A stretch of DNA of 40,286 bases, taken from NCBI GenBank assembly GCA_026990815.1, contig JALXCS010000322.1:1-40286 (forward strand), given 5' to 3'. Origin of the DNA: Methylomonas sp. (lineage in GTDB: Bacteria > Pseudomonadota > Gammaproteobacteria > Methylococcales > Methylomonadaceae). The translations under genes and the position numbers were made by a program. Below are positions 26,492-35,650 of this stretch, one piece after another; positions within the stretch are counted from its first letter, which is position 1; every line of letters starts with the position of its first letter. The notes below the pieces were generated by a model. It was not told the origin of the DNA, did not search any database, and was given only the letters and a program-made list of their open reading frames with translations.

Positions 26492-27727
26492 ATGAAAAAA
26501 ACTGCTCCTCAACATGCCCCAATGGATCAATTTCCTGTCAGTAACAACAATCTGGTTATTGGCGATCTTGAACTGACACAAGTTGTTGAACGTGTCGGTC
26601 AAACTCCTTTTTATGCCTATGACCGGCAATTATTAACCCAAAGGGTCAACGATCTGCGTAAAGCCATGCCAGAAGGCCTAAAAATTCACTACGCAATGAA
26701 GGCCAACCCTATGCCAGCAATCGTTCAGCACATGGCCACTATTACAGACGGGCTTGATGTCGCTTCAGCTGGTGAAATGAAAGTTGCGCTTGACACCATC
26801 ATGGCTGCTGAAAAGATAAGTATGGCTGGCCCAGGAAAACGACCTGAAGAATTAAGGCAAGCTATTGCATCACATATTACCATCAATGTCGAGTCATGTA
26901 ATGAACTTGAAATACTTGCCAATCATTCCGAACAGCTTGGAATAACTGCCAATGTCGCCATTCGTATCAACCCGGCTTTTGAACTGAAAGCCTCCGGAAT
27001 GAAAATGGGCGGCGGACCAAAACAATTTGGTATCGATGAAGAACAGGTCCCTGATGTGCTGAAACGTATCAAAGTATTAAATTTGCATTTCAAAGGCTTC
27101 CATATTTTCAGTGGCTCGCAAAACCTGAAGGCCGATTCTATCATCGATGCGCAGCAAAAAAGTATTGCTCTAGCCATTCGCCTGGCCGATTTCTGTCCAT
27201 CTCCAATTGAAAAATTAAATATTGGTGGCGGCTATGGCATTCCGTATTTCCCAGGCGATACTTGTCTTGATACTGACGCAGTTGGCGAAGCTTTGAATAA
27301 CACCATGCAAGATGCCAAAAAACAAATTCCTTCAGCAGAAATCATTATTGAATTGGGTCGATACCTGGTCGGGGAAGCAGGCATTTATGTGAGTCGGGTC
27401 ATTGACAAAAAAATATCACGTGGTCAGGTTTTTTTAGTTTGTGATGGAGGCTTGCACCACCATCTGGCTGCCTCAGGTAATTTTGGACAGGTCATCAGGA
27501 AAAATTACCCGACCGTGATTGGTAATAAAATTAATTCTGATAATAAAGAAACGGTCAATATTGTCGGACCACTCTGTACACCACTGGACATTCTTGCCGA
27601 CAAGATTGAATTACCCAAGGCAGAAATTGGTGATTTAGTCGTTATTTTTCAATCCGGAGCTTATGGAATAACGGCCAGCCCCATCAACTTTTTAACCCAG
27701 CCTGGCGCTACCGAAATCCTTATATAA
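26492..27727 (+). CDS. PLP-dependent fold-III (Orn/DAP/Arg-type) decarboxylase, exosortase-A-system-associated type
   Basis: HYAMKANP (PLP-Lys), GGGYGIPYF, CTPLD and SGAYG motifs. The ATG at 26492 lies 1 nt after the ligase stop. It is distinct from the genuine lysA at 37445. Confidence 0.8.
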   Translation: MKKTAPQHAPMDQFPVSNNNLVIGDLELTQVVERVGQTPFYAYDRQLLTQRVNDLRKAMPEGLKIHYAMKANPMPAIVQHMATITDGLDVASAGEMKVALDTIMAAEKISMAGPGKRPEELRQAIASHITINVESCNELEILANHSEQLGITANVAIRINPAFELKASGMKMGGGPKQFGIDEEQVPDVLKRIKVLNLHFKGFHIFSGSQNLKADSIIDAQQKSIALAIRLADFCPSPIEKLNIGGGYGIPYFPGDTCLDTDAVGEALNNTMQDAKKQIPSAEIIIELGRYLVGEAGIYVSRVIDKKISRGQVFLVCDGGLHHHLAASGNFGQVIRKNYPTVIGNKINSDNKETVNIVGPLCTPLDILADKIELPKAEIGDLVVIFQSGAYGITASPINFLTQPGATEILI

Positions 27728-27830
27728 CTGTTTCAAGGGTATTAATCTTTCGATAGTCCATACAAAAAATACCCCTGCCAAGTCAGCTCCATAAATGAAT
27801 AGTTGGAAAATTGGCCTAAACATTGTTCTT

Positions 27831-27862
27831 AAGCCGCTATTTCTTTATACTTAGCGGTTTTT
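27831..27862 (+). terminator. Terminator-like hairpin plus T5 just upstream of the first mtdB-like gene
   Basis: CCGCTA (27834-27839) pairs with TAGCGG (27852-27857), extendable with A-T/G-T pairs, then TTTTT (27858-27862). It lies about 100 nt after the decarboxylase stop and 20 nt before the ATG at 27882. Confidence 0.35.
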
Positions 27863-27881
27863 AACCTAAATGAGATCGACC

Positions 27882-28793
27882 ATGGAAAAACCATTCGTTT
27901 TGCACATGCTGACCACTGCAAAAAATTTAAGCCCATTTGATGTCAATATGGCAATCGATGCCGGATGGATAGCCCCGATACCTTATACTTATGTTGAAGC
28001 CAGCGAAGTTCGGGGGTTGGTTCAGGATGTTATCTTTTCCCGTAGCGCCAAGGGTCTGAAAAGCACGGGCATCTTTATCGGTGGTCGGGATACCAAAGAA
28101 GCAATGGACATGCTGAAAACAGCAAAAAACTCCATGGTCCCTCCTTTCGAAGTTTCAGTTTTTGCAGACCCAAGCGGAGCCTTCACGACAGCGGCCGGAA
28201 TGGTGGCATGTGCTGAACGTGAAATCGTCAATAAATTTAATCTTCCATCATTGGAAGGACTTAATATTTTGATCCTTGGTGGGACCGGCCCGGTCGGTCA
28301 GGTAGCTGCAGTCATTTCAGCCCAAGCCGGGGCCAATGTCAAACTGGTCGGTCGCCAATTGGAAAAAGCGCAACGTATTGCTGATTGGTGTAATCAGGAA
28401 TTTGGCAAAGGTGAAATCAATATTGAAGCGGGCGCTGACGCAGAAAAAGGCGAATATATCAAAACCACCGATATTGTTTTTGCAACCGGTGCCGCAGGAA
28501 TTGAATTATTAAGTGCTGAGCTTATTGCTTCTGCCCCGCAGTTAAAAGTAGCTGCCGATGTTAATGCTGTACCTCCTGCCGGAATTGCCAACCTTGATCC
28601 GTTCCATGATGGCACCCTAATTGAGGGTTCCAACAGCGGCGCAATCGGCATCGGAGCATTGGCCATCGGTAATGTCAAATATCAGGCACAAAATCGGCTA
28701 CTGAAAAAAATGATTGAATCCGATGAAGCGATTTACCTTAGTTTTGAGGATGCTTTCGAATTAGCCAGAGAATACGTTAAAACCAAAAGTTAA
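27882..28793 (+). CDS. mtdB: NAD(P)-dependent methylene-tetrahydromethanopterin dehydrogenase, MtdB-like (copy 1)
   Basis: N-terminus MEKPFVLHML....SPFDVNMAIDAGW, then IFIGGRD, DPSGAFTTAA, GGTGPVG and DVNAVPPAGI, all characteristic of the MtdA/MtdB/MtdC family. The start at 27882 aligns with the paralog's N-terminus. The ORF track starts at 27870. Confidence 0.85.
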   Translation: MEKPFVLHMLTTAKNLSPFDVNMAIDAGWIAPIPYTYVEASEVRGLVQDVIFSRSAKGLKSTGIFIGGRDTKEAMDMLKTAKNSMVPPFEVSVFADPSGAFTTAAGMVACAEREIVNKFNLPSLEGLNILILGGTGPVGQVAAVISAQAGANVKLVGRQLEKAQRIADWCNQEFGKGEINIEAGADAEKGEYIKTTDIVFATGAAGIELLSAELIASAPQLKVAADVNAVPPAGIANLDPFHDGTLIEGSNSGAIGIGALAIGNVKYQAQNRLLKKMIESDEAIYLSFEDAFELAREYVKTKS

Positions 28794-28931
28794 GCAACCC
28801 ATGCATACCCCAAAAAGTCTCATTTTTTAAAAAAAAGACACTTAAAATTTGGTCATTAATAACCTTGGTTTTTTAACCTTTACCCTATACTTTATTCGGT
28901 CCCCAAGAACTATAATCACAGAGAATTTTAA

Positions 28932-29849
28932 ATGGCGAAAAGAAGCATTCTCCACATGTTTGACCCCATGCCCCAAAACAGCCCATTCGATGTCAACATG
29001 GCTTTGGATGCTGGTTTCGACATGTTGGTGCCGTACAATAATGTAAGATTAGACAGCATTCACCGTCTGGTTCAGGATGCAATTTTTTCAAGAGGGCCAT
29101 CCGGGGTAAGAAAAACTGCCATTTTTATTGGCGGCAGAGATTTAAACCTGGCTATGAATATGTTAAATACCAGCAAATTAGCCATGGTCCCTCCATTTGA
29201 AATTTCTGTTCTCACCGACCCCAGCGGAGCTTTTACCACGGCTGCGGCACTAGTTGCATTGGTAGAAAAACAGCTTCAGGAAAAACACAACTTAAAACTT
29301 AAAGGCTGTAACGCTGTAGTTTTTGGCGGTACCGGACCTGTTGGCGTTGCAACTGGAGTTATTGCCTCTCTTGCTGGCGCAAACACAACTATTGTTGATC
29401 ATCTTTCTGTGGGTGCAGCTACCGATTTGGCTGATGAATTTAATCGTCTATGTGGTTCCTCTTTAACAGGAGCGGTAGCCAGTTCAGATCAAGAAAAAAT
29501 TACTCTAATCAGCGATGCCGATATCATTTTTTGTACCGCCAAAGCCGGTATCCAGGTCATTAGCCCAGATGTATTGAAAACCGCCAAACTACTTAAAGTA
29601 GCTGGCGATGTTAACGCGGTGCCACCACCAGGTATTGCCGGGATAAAATCCAAAGACCATGGTGAGCCACTCATTCATGCGGCAGAATTAACAAATGCAG
29701 TTGGTGTTGGACCATTAGCCGTTGGCAATATCAAATATAAATTACAACACGCTTTGCTAAAAAAATTATTGGAAAGAGAAGCTGATCAAGACAAGCCCGT
29801 GTATCTGGATTTTCGTGAAGCCTTCAGTTTTGCCAGAACCCTTGTGTAG
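28932..29849 (+). CDS. Methylene-tetrahydromethanopterin dehydrogenase family protein (MtdB/MtdC-like, copy 2)
   Basis: 305 aa. MAKRSILHMF....SPFDVNMALDAGF, IFIGGRD, DPSGAFTTAA, GGTGPVG and DVNAVPPPGI. It is colinear with copy 1 throughout, at roughly half identity by eye. Confidence 0.85.
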   Translation: MAKRSILHMFDPMPQNSPFDVNMALDAGFDMLVPYNNVRLDSIHRLVQDAIFSRGPSGVRKTAIFIGGRDLNLAMNMLNTSKLAMVPPFEISVLTDPSGAFTTAAALVALVEKQLQEKHNLKLKGCNAVVFGGTGPVGVATGVIASLAGANTTIVDHLSVGAATDLADEFNRLCGSSLTGAVASSDQEKITLISDADIIFCTAKAGIQVISPDVLKTAKLLKVAGDVNAVPPPGIAGIKSKDHGEPLIHAAELTNAVGVGPLAVGNIKYKLQHALLKKLLEREADQDKPVYLDFREAFSFARTLV

Positions 29850-29862
29850 AGATTAAAACACT

Positions 29863-30756
29863 ATGGCAACCAACAGCATTATTTTTGATGTTTTGTGTGT
29901 CGGACATGCCTCTTATGATTTAATCTTCTCTGTCCCGTATCATCCGAATGCCGATGAAAAAATTGTTGCCGACAATTTTACTGGTTGTGGCGGTGGACCC
30001 GCTGCAAATGCAGCAGTCTGTGTTTCCCGACTGGGTTTAAAAGCCGCTTTTGCCGGTTTTTTGGGAACTGATCTTTATGGCGACAAACATAAGGATGAAT
30101 TCACTCAAGAAAAAGTAAATACCAATTATCTGGTTCGCGGCCCATCCCCTACCCCTTTATCTGCTATTTTGGTCAAACCGAATGGTCAACGCGCTCTGAT
30201 AAATTACAAAGGTGAAACTGAATATTTACCGACAGATTATCTGAATTTGTCAGATTTGCAAACAAAAGTCATTTTGTTCGATGGTCATGAACCTGACTTG
30301 TCATTATCCTTGGTCGAATTTGCGCAAAAACATGCTATTCCAACTGTACTTGATGCGGGTTCCTTGCACATCGGTACCGAACAATTGATGGACAAAGTCG
30401 ATTATTTGGTTTGTTCAGAAAAATTCGCCAAACAAGTTGCTGGAGATGTAGAAACAGCATTAACTCAATTAGCAAAGAAATCACCCACCACTGTCATTAC
30501 ACTGGGAGAAAATGGCCTGATATGGCAAGCTGGTGACAAACAAGGCAGTCTGTCTGCTTTTTCCATCAATGCAGTCGATACAACCGGTGCTGGGGATGCA
30601 TTTCATGGTGCATTCGCGGCAGCTCTCGCCAACAATTTTAATTGGCTTGAGACTTTAAAATTTGCAAGTGCAACGGGTGCACTTTGTTGCACCAAAATCG
30701 GAGCCCGTCCCGGGTTGCCGAAATTAAACGAACTTCAGTCTTTCTACCAGCGCTGA
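29863..30756 (+). CDS. PfkB-family (ribokinase-like) carbohydrate kinase, substrate unknown
   Basis: 297 aa. N-terminal GG motif (GCGGGPAANAA) and C-terminal DTTGAGDAFHGAF anion-hole/catalytic motif. It starts 13 nt after the second mtd gene. Confidence 0.8.
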   Translation: MATNSIIFDVLCVGHASYDLIFSVPYHPNADEKIVADNFTGCGGGPAANAAVCVSRLGLKAAFAGFLGTDLYGDKHKDEFTQEKVNTNYLVRGPSPTPLSAILVKPNGQRALINYKGETEYLPTDYLNLSDLQTKVILFDGHEPDLSLSLVEFAQKHAIPTVLDAGSLHIGTEQLMDKVDYLVCSEKFAKQVAGDVETALTQLAKKSPTTVITLGENGLIWQAGDKQGSLSAFSINAVDTTGAGDAFHGAFAAALANNFNWLETLKFASATGALCCTKIGARPGLPKLNELQSFYQR

Positions 30757-30800
30757 AAAATCAGCATTCAAAACAGATATCTCAGTAAAGCAATCAAATT

Positions 30801-30809
30801 TGCTATAAT
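30801..30809 (+). promoter_or_regulatory. Extended -10 promoter element TGcTATAAT upstream of zwf
   Basis: A perfect TATAAT (30804-30809) is preceded by TGc. The inverted repeat ATAGCG-N9-CGCTAT (30808-30828) overlaps it. Located about 120 nt upstream of the zwf ATG. Confidence 0.35.
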
Positions 30810-30927
30810 AGCGACCATTTTTCGCTATCAAATGAGAACAATTAGCATCGATCATTTCTTACTCATACGGGTTTCGGATCATACATCAAACAACTGCATC
30901 ATTCGTACCCAGTAATTTAAAATAATA

Positions 30928-32397
30928 ATGGAACAAAACAAGACATATAAACCCTGCGACCTTGTCATCTATGGCGCCTTGGGCGACCTGTCAACGAGAA
31001 AATTATTAATTTCTCTGTTTCGACTCGATAAAGCCGATTTATTGGAAAAGGAAACCCGCATTATTGGCATTGACAGGTTTGACAAAACAGATTCAGAATT
31101 TATTGAGCTCGCCAGAAAAAGCCTGGAAAACTTTCTGAAAGACAGCATCGACGAGACTGTTTGGCAACGATATGCGAACAGGCTTTGCTATTTAAAAGTC
31201 GATTTGACACAAATGGATCAATATCAAAAGCTTCAGGAAGTTGCTAACCCAGATTCCAGAGTCATGGTGAATTATTTTGCTGTTGCTCCTTTCCTATTCA
31301 AAAACATTTGCAAGGGGCTTGATCAATGTGGCATTTTAAATGATGAAGCACGTATGGTAATGGAAAAACCCATTGGCCATGATCTTGCCTCTTCCATTGA
31401 GATTAACGATGCTGTCGCTGAAGTATTCGAAGATAATCAGATTTTCCGGATAGATCATTATCTTGGTAAGGAAACAGTGCTCAATCTGCTTGCATTGCGA
31501 TTTGCCAATTCTATCTTTACCACCAACTGGGATCACAATACTATTGACCATATTCAAATCACGGTTGCTGAAGAAATTGGCATTGAAGGACGCTGGGAAT
31601 ATTTCGATAAAACCGGGCAATTGCGCGATATGCTGCAAAATCATTTGTTACAAATTCTGACTTTTGTTGCTATGGAACCACCCGTCAATCTCAAGGCAGA
31701 AAATATTCATAGCGAAAAGATCAAGGTTCTAGATGCCTTGCGACCCATCACCAAATGTAATGTTGAACAAGTCACAGTTCGTGGCCAATATACAAAAGGA
31801 TTTCTCAGGGCAAATGAAGTTCCCGGCTATCTTGAAGAAGAAGATGCTAACAAGGAAAGTAAAACTGAAACCTTTGTAGCGCTTCGTGTCGATATTGATA
31901 ACTGGCGCTGGGCTGGCGTACCGTTTTACCTACGGACAGGTAAGAGAATGAATCATAAACGAACAGAAATTGTCGTCTATTTTAAGCACTTGCCACACAA
32001 TATTTTCAAGGACAGCTTTAAAGATCTTCCGCCCAATAAACTGATTATTCATTTGCAGCCAAACGAAGGCGTAGACATTGAAATTCTCAACAAAGTACCT
32101 GGTATTGATGGCGATATTAAGTTACAGAAAACCAAACTGGATTTAAGTTTTCTGGAAACATTTAAAGAACATAAAATCTTCGGTGGCTACGAAAAATTGA
32201 TTCTGGAAGCCCTACGTGGAAATCCAACTTTGTTTCTGAGCCGCGAAGAAATAGAACATGCCTGGAGATGGATTGATTCCATACAGGATGCCTGGAAAAC
32301 CACTGGTGATGTCCCTAAAAATTATCCTGCCGGAACATGGGGGCCGATTGCTTCGGATTCACTATTGGCAAGAGATAACCGAGCATGGGAAGAATAA
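30928..32397 (+). CDS. zwf: Glucose-6-phosphate 1-dehydrogenase
   Basis: 489 aa. GALGDLS.RKL NADP-binding start, active-site block RIDHYLGKE, and DMLQNHLLQ. Confidence 0.95.
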   Translation: MEQNKTYKPCDLVIYGALGDLSTRKLLISLFRLDKADLLEKETRIIGIDRFDKTDSEFIELARKSLENFLKDSIDETVWQRYANRLCYLKVDLTQMDQYQKLQEVANPDSRVMVNYFAVAPFLFKNICKGLDQCGILNDEARMVMEKPIGHDLASSIEINDAVAEVFEDNQIFRIDHYLGKETVLNLLALRFANSIFTTNWDHNTIDHIQITVAEEIGIEGRWEYFDKTGQLRDMLQNHLLQILTFVAMEPPVNLKAENIHSEKIKVLDALRPITKCNVEQVTVRGQYTKGFLRANEVPGYLEEEDANKESKTETFVALRVDIDNWRWAGVPFYLRTGKRMNHKRTEIVVYFKHLPHNIFKDSFKDLPPNKLIIHLQPNEGVDIEILNKVPGIDGDIKLQKTKLDLSFLETFKEHKIFGGYEKLILEALRGNPTLFLSREEIEHAWRWIDSIQDAWKTTGDVPKNYPAGTWGPIASDSLLARDNRAWEE

Positions 32398-32433
32398 ATT
32401 CCAGTTCACCTATTTTAACAATTGAAAAACAAC

Positions 32434-33144
32434 ATGATAAAAGAATTTTTATTCGAAAATCGACAACAACTTTTCGCTCAATTAAGCAAAGATTGTAGAA
32501 ATCACCTACAACATAGCTTGATAGCTAATGATTCGACGAGCCTCCTGGTTTCTGGTGGCAGTACCCCTGCACCATTATATAAGGCCCTTTCAAAAACTGA
32601 CCTTGACTGGCAACGTATCCATGTGGCATTAGTCGATGAACGCTGGGTTGATCAAGAACATGACGCCAGCAATGAAGCACTGATTCGCCACAGCCTGCTG
32701 ATCAACAACGCCCTAAAAGCGCCGTTCACTGGAATGAAAACTTCTGCTCCAAGCGCAAAAGAAGGACAAGCTGAAACAGAAATTGCTTATCAAAAATTGC
32801 CAAAACCATTTTCTGTGATTCTATTAGGCATGGGTAGCGATGGACACACAGCATCTTTATTCCCCCATGCCGAAGGACTCGAAACAGCGCTAGATGAAAA
32901 AAACACCCAGCTAACTGCTGCAATCACTGCTAAACAAAGTGAAGTAACTGGAGTCAATACCGAAAGGCTCACCTTGACTTTAACCGGTTTGTTACAATCA
33001 GATCGATTAATTCTATTGATTACCGGAGATGAAAAACTTTCTGTTTTCCGTCAGGCCATGTCTGACGGTCCTGTTGAAGACATGCCAATACGCGCCCTGC
33101 TTCGCCAGAATACAGTTCCTTTTGAAATCTATTGGGCCCCATGA
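32434..33144 (+). CDS. pgl: 6-phosphogluconolactonase
   Basis: LVSGGSTPAPLY and LLGMGSDGHTASLFP motifs. Lies between zwf and edd. The ATG at 32434 is preferred to the TTG at 32422. Confidence 0.9.
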   Translation: MIKEFLFENRQQLFAQLSKDCRNHLQHSLIANDSTSLLVSGGSTPAPLYKALSKTDLDWQRIHVALVDERWVDQEHDASNEALIRHSLLINNALKAPFTGMKTSAPSAKEGQAETEIAYQKLPKPFSVILLGMGSDGHTASLFPHAEGLETALDEKNTQLTAAITAKQSEVTGVNTERLTLTLTGLLQSDRLILLITGDEKLSVFRQAMSDGPVEDMPIRALLRQNTVPFEIYWAP

Positions 33145-33168
33145 ATTTAAAAACATAGGAGAAGCTTT

Positions 33169-34989
33169 ATGCATCCTGTCGTAGAACTCGTTACAGAAGA
33201 TATCATTAAACGCAGCCGTGAAACCCGAGCAGTATATCTGGGCAGACTCGATGCTGCTGTAGAAAAAGGCCCGCACCGCGCAGCATTAGGTTGTGGCAAT
33301 CTGGCACACGGTTTCGCAGCATGTCCCGCCAGAGATAAAGCTGACTTGGCCGATAATAAAAAACCCGATGTTGGCATTATCTCTTCATACAACGACATGT
33401 TGTCCGCCCACGAACCTTATAAAGATGCTCCAGCACTGATTAAACAAGCTATCAGGGAAGCTGGAGGGGTTGCCCAATTTGCTGGGGGTGTTCCTGCTAT
33501 GTGTGATGGCGTCACCCAGGGCCAGCCTGGTATGGAACTTTCACTATTTAGCCGCGATGTAATTGCCATGGCAACTGCTGTTGGGCTGGGTCATAATATG
33601 TTTGATGCAGTACTTTATCTGGGAGTCTGCGATAAAATAGTTCCGGGACTATTGATTGGTGCATTATCTTTTGGCCATTTACCTGCGGTTTTTATTCCCG
33701 CTGGTCCAATGCCCAGCGGTATTACCAACAAGGAAAAAGCCCGGGCCCGGCAAAAATACGCAGAAGGCAAAATCACCCGAAAGGAACTTCTGGAATCCGA
33801 ATCAAAATCCTATCATAGCCCCGGCACCTGTACTTTCTATGGTACGGCAAATAGTAACCAGATGATGGTCGAGATTATGGGGCTGCACCTCCCCGGCAGC
33901 TCTTTTGTTAACCCTTATACACCTTTACGTGATGAGCTAACCAGAGCAGCAGCCAAACAAGTCTTGAAATTTACTACCCTGGGCAATGATTTTAGGCCGA
34001 TTGGTCATGTTATCAATGAAAAAGCCATCGTTAATGCCATTATTGGACTATTGGCTACCGGGGGATCAACAAACCATACCATGCATTTGGTTGCAATCGC
34101 CAAAGCTGCAGGGATTATAATCAACTGGGATGATTTTGATAAATTATCGAAAGTAATACCACTTTTGACCCGAATTTACCCAAACGGAGCTGCTGATGTC
34201 AATCATTTTCATGCTGCTGGGGGGATGGGTGTATTAATTAGAGAACTGCTTGATAATGGGCTTTTACACGTTGATATCCTGACCATTAACGATGAACCTG
34301 GTTTAAAAAATTACAGCAAAGAACCTATGTTAAAAAATGGCAGATTAATTTGGCAACTCAGCCCGGAACAATCTCTGGACCCTGATGTTTTAAGCACCGT
34401 ATCAAAACCTTTTGCTGAAGGTGGAGGTCTTCATGTCATGCATGGCAATCTGGGACGGGGTATTTCTAAAATTTCTGCCCTTAGGGAAGGCCATTATGTC
34501 GTTGAAGCTCCTGCCATAGTGTTTGACGACCAGGATGACTTGATGACTGCATTTAATCGTGGCGAACTGGAAAAGGATTTTGTCGCTGTTATTCGCTTTC
34601 AAGGTCCAAAATCTAATGGCATGCCTGAATTACATAAATTAACCCCCCCACTTGGCCTGTTACAAGACAAAGGCTTTAATGTGGCCTTGGTCACAGATGG
34701 CAGAATGTCTGGGGCATCAGGTAAGGTTCCCTGTGCAATTCACATGTGCCCGGAATGTGAGGATGGCGGGCCTCTGGCAAAAGTTAGAAATGGTGATATC
34801 ATCCGTCTGGATACCATCAATGGAACAGTTAATGTGCTGATTGATGAACGGGAATTTAATGCACGCAGACCTGCTGTCAATCATGCAAAAGACCATCATC
34901 ATGGCATGGGCCGGGAATTATTTGCAGGTTTCCGCTTGAATGCCTCTTCCGCTGAAACAGGTGCAACTAACGTCTTTATAAACGACTGA
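33169..34989 (+). CDS. edd: Phosphogluconate dehydratase (Entner-Doudoroff)
   Basis: 606 aa. The N-terminus ...[17 protein letters not shown]...[14 protein letters not shown]...[13 protein letters not shown] matches Edd closely. IlvD/Edd family blocks ([15 protein letters not shown]) are present. Confidence 0.95.
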   Translation: MHPVVELVTEDIIKRSRETRAVYLGRLDAAVEKGPHRAALGCGNLAHGFAACPARDKADLADNKKPDVGIISSYNDMLSAHEPYKDAPALIKQAIREAGGVAQFAGGVPAMCDGVTQGQPGMELSLFSRDVIAMATAVGLGHNMFDAVLYLGVCDKIVPGLLIGALSFGHLPAVFIPAGPMPSGITNKEKARARQKYAEGKITRKELLESESKSYHSPGTCTFYGTANSNQMMVEIMGLHLPGSSFVNPYTPLRDELTRAAAKQVLKFTTLGNDFRPIGHVINEKAIVNAIIGLLATGGSTNHTMHLVAIAKAAGIIINWDDFDKLSKVIPLLTRIYPNGAADVNHFHAAGGMGVLIRELLDNGLLHVDILTINDEPGLKNYSKEPMLKNGRLIWQLSPEQSLDPDVLSTVSKPFAEGGGLHVMHGNLGRGISKISALREGHYVVEAPAIVFDDQDDLMTAFNRGELEKDFVAVIRFQGPKSNGMPELHKLTPPLGLLQDKGFNVALVTDGRMSGASGKVPCAIHMCPECEDGGPLAKVRNGDIIRLDTINGTVNVLIDEREFNARRPAVNHAKDHHHGMGRELFAGFRLNASSAETGATNVFIND

Positions 34990-35019
34990 TACTTCATTTA
35001 ATAATTATTTGAGAAAAAA

Positions 35020-35646
35020 ATGTCAACATCCATACTTGAGATTATGAATACCTCGCCGGTTATCCCGGTCATGGTTATTAACAAGCTTGAACAAGCAGTG
35101 CCATTAGCCAATGCCTTGGTTGAAGGGGGATTGACGGTACTTGAAATTACCCTACGCACCCCTGTCGCACTGGAAGCAATAAAACAAATCAAAAATCAAG
35201 TTCCCGATGCTATTGTTGGCACAGGTACGGTCATTAACCTTGAAACCCTGAAACAAGCGGTTGATGTCGGTTCTGAATTTCTAGTCAGCCCAGGCGTTAC
35301 CGATAGCCTGATTGCCGCCGCACTAAAATCCGGTGTACCGATTTTACCCGGAGTTGCCACACCCAGCGAAGTCATGCAGCTTTTGGAAAAAGGAGTCACT
35401 GAGATGAAATTTTTCCCTGCTGAAGCTGCAGGAGGAGTAGCCATGTTAAAATCAATTGGCGGCCCCATTCCACAAGCAACATTTTGCCCGACTGGGGGCG
35501 TTAACCCAAAAAATGCAGTTGACTATCTGACTTTAGAAAATGTTACCTGCGTTGGCGGCTCTTGGATGGCACCTACTGATTTAGTTGATGCCGGAAACTG
35601 GTCTGAAATAACGCGCCTTGCTTCTGAAGCTACTAGCTTGAAATAA
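35020..35646 (+). CDS. eda: 2-keto-3-deoxy-6-phosphogluconate (KDPG) aldolase
   Basis: 208 aa. LEITLRTP, GTGTV and the Schiff-base Lys context MKFFPAEA. Directly downstream of edd. Confidence 0.9.
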   Translation: MSTSILEIMNTSPVIPVMVINKLEQAVPLANALVEGGLTVLEITLRTPVALEAIKQIKNQVPDAIVGTGTVINLETLKQAVDVGSEFLVSPGVTDSLIAAALKSGVPILPGVATPSEVMQLLEKGVTEMKFFPAEAAGGVAMLKSIGGPIPQATFCPTGGVNPKNAVDYLTLENVTCVGGSWMAPTDLVDAGNWSEITRLASEATSLK

Positions 35647-35650
35647 ACCA

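Noticed and set aside
24881-26495. TTTGCCGACA followed by CAAATAA and ATG occurs in front of both the ligase (24884-24909) and the decarboxylase (26469-26494).
   Set aside because: A shared 10-mer is expected many times by chance in 40 kb. The second copy is simply the coding 3' end of the ligase. I treat it as coincidence, though it explains the two spurious TTG starts in the ORF track.
28794-28931. TATAAT at 28911-28916 as the promoter for the second mtd gene, and the AACC-TT-GGTT-TTTT-AACC alternative hairpins at 28861-28878.
   Set aside because: The -10 lies so close to the ATG that the weak SD would be excluded from the transcript. The stems are only 4 bp and AT-flanked. This is insufficient to call a promoter or terminator.
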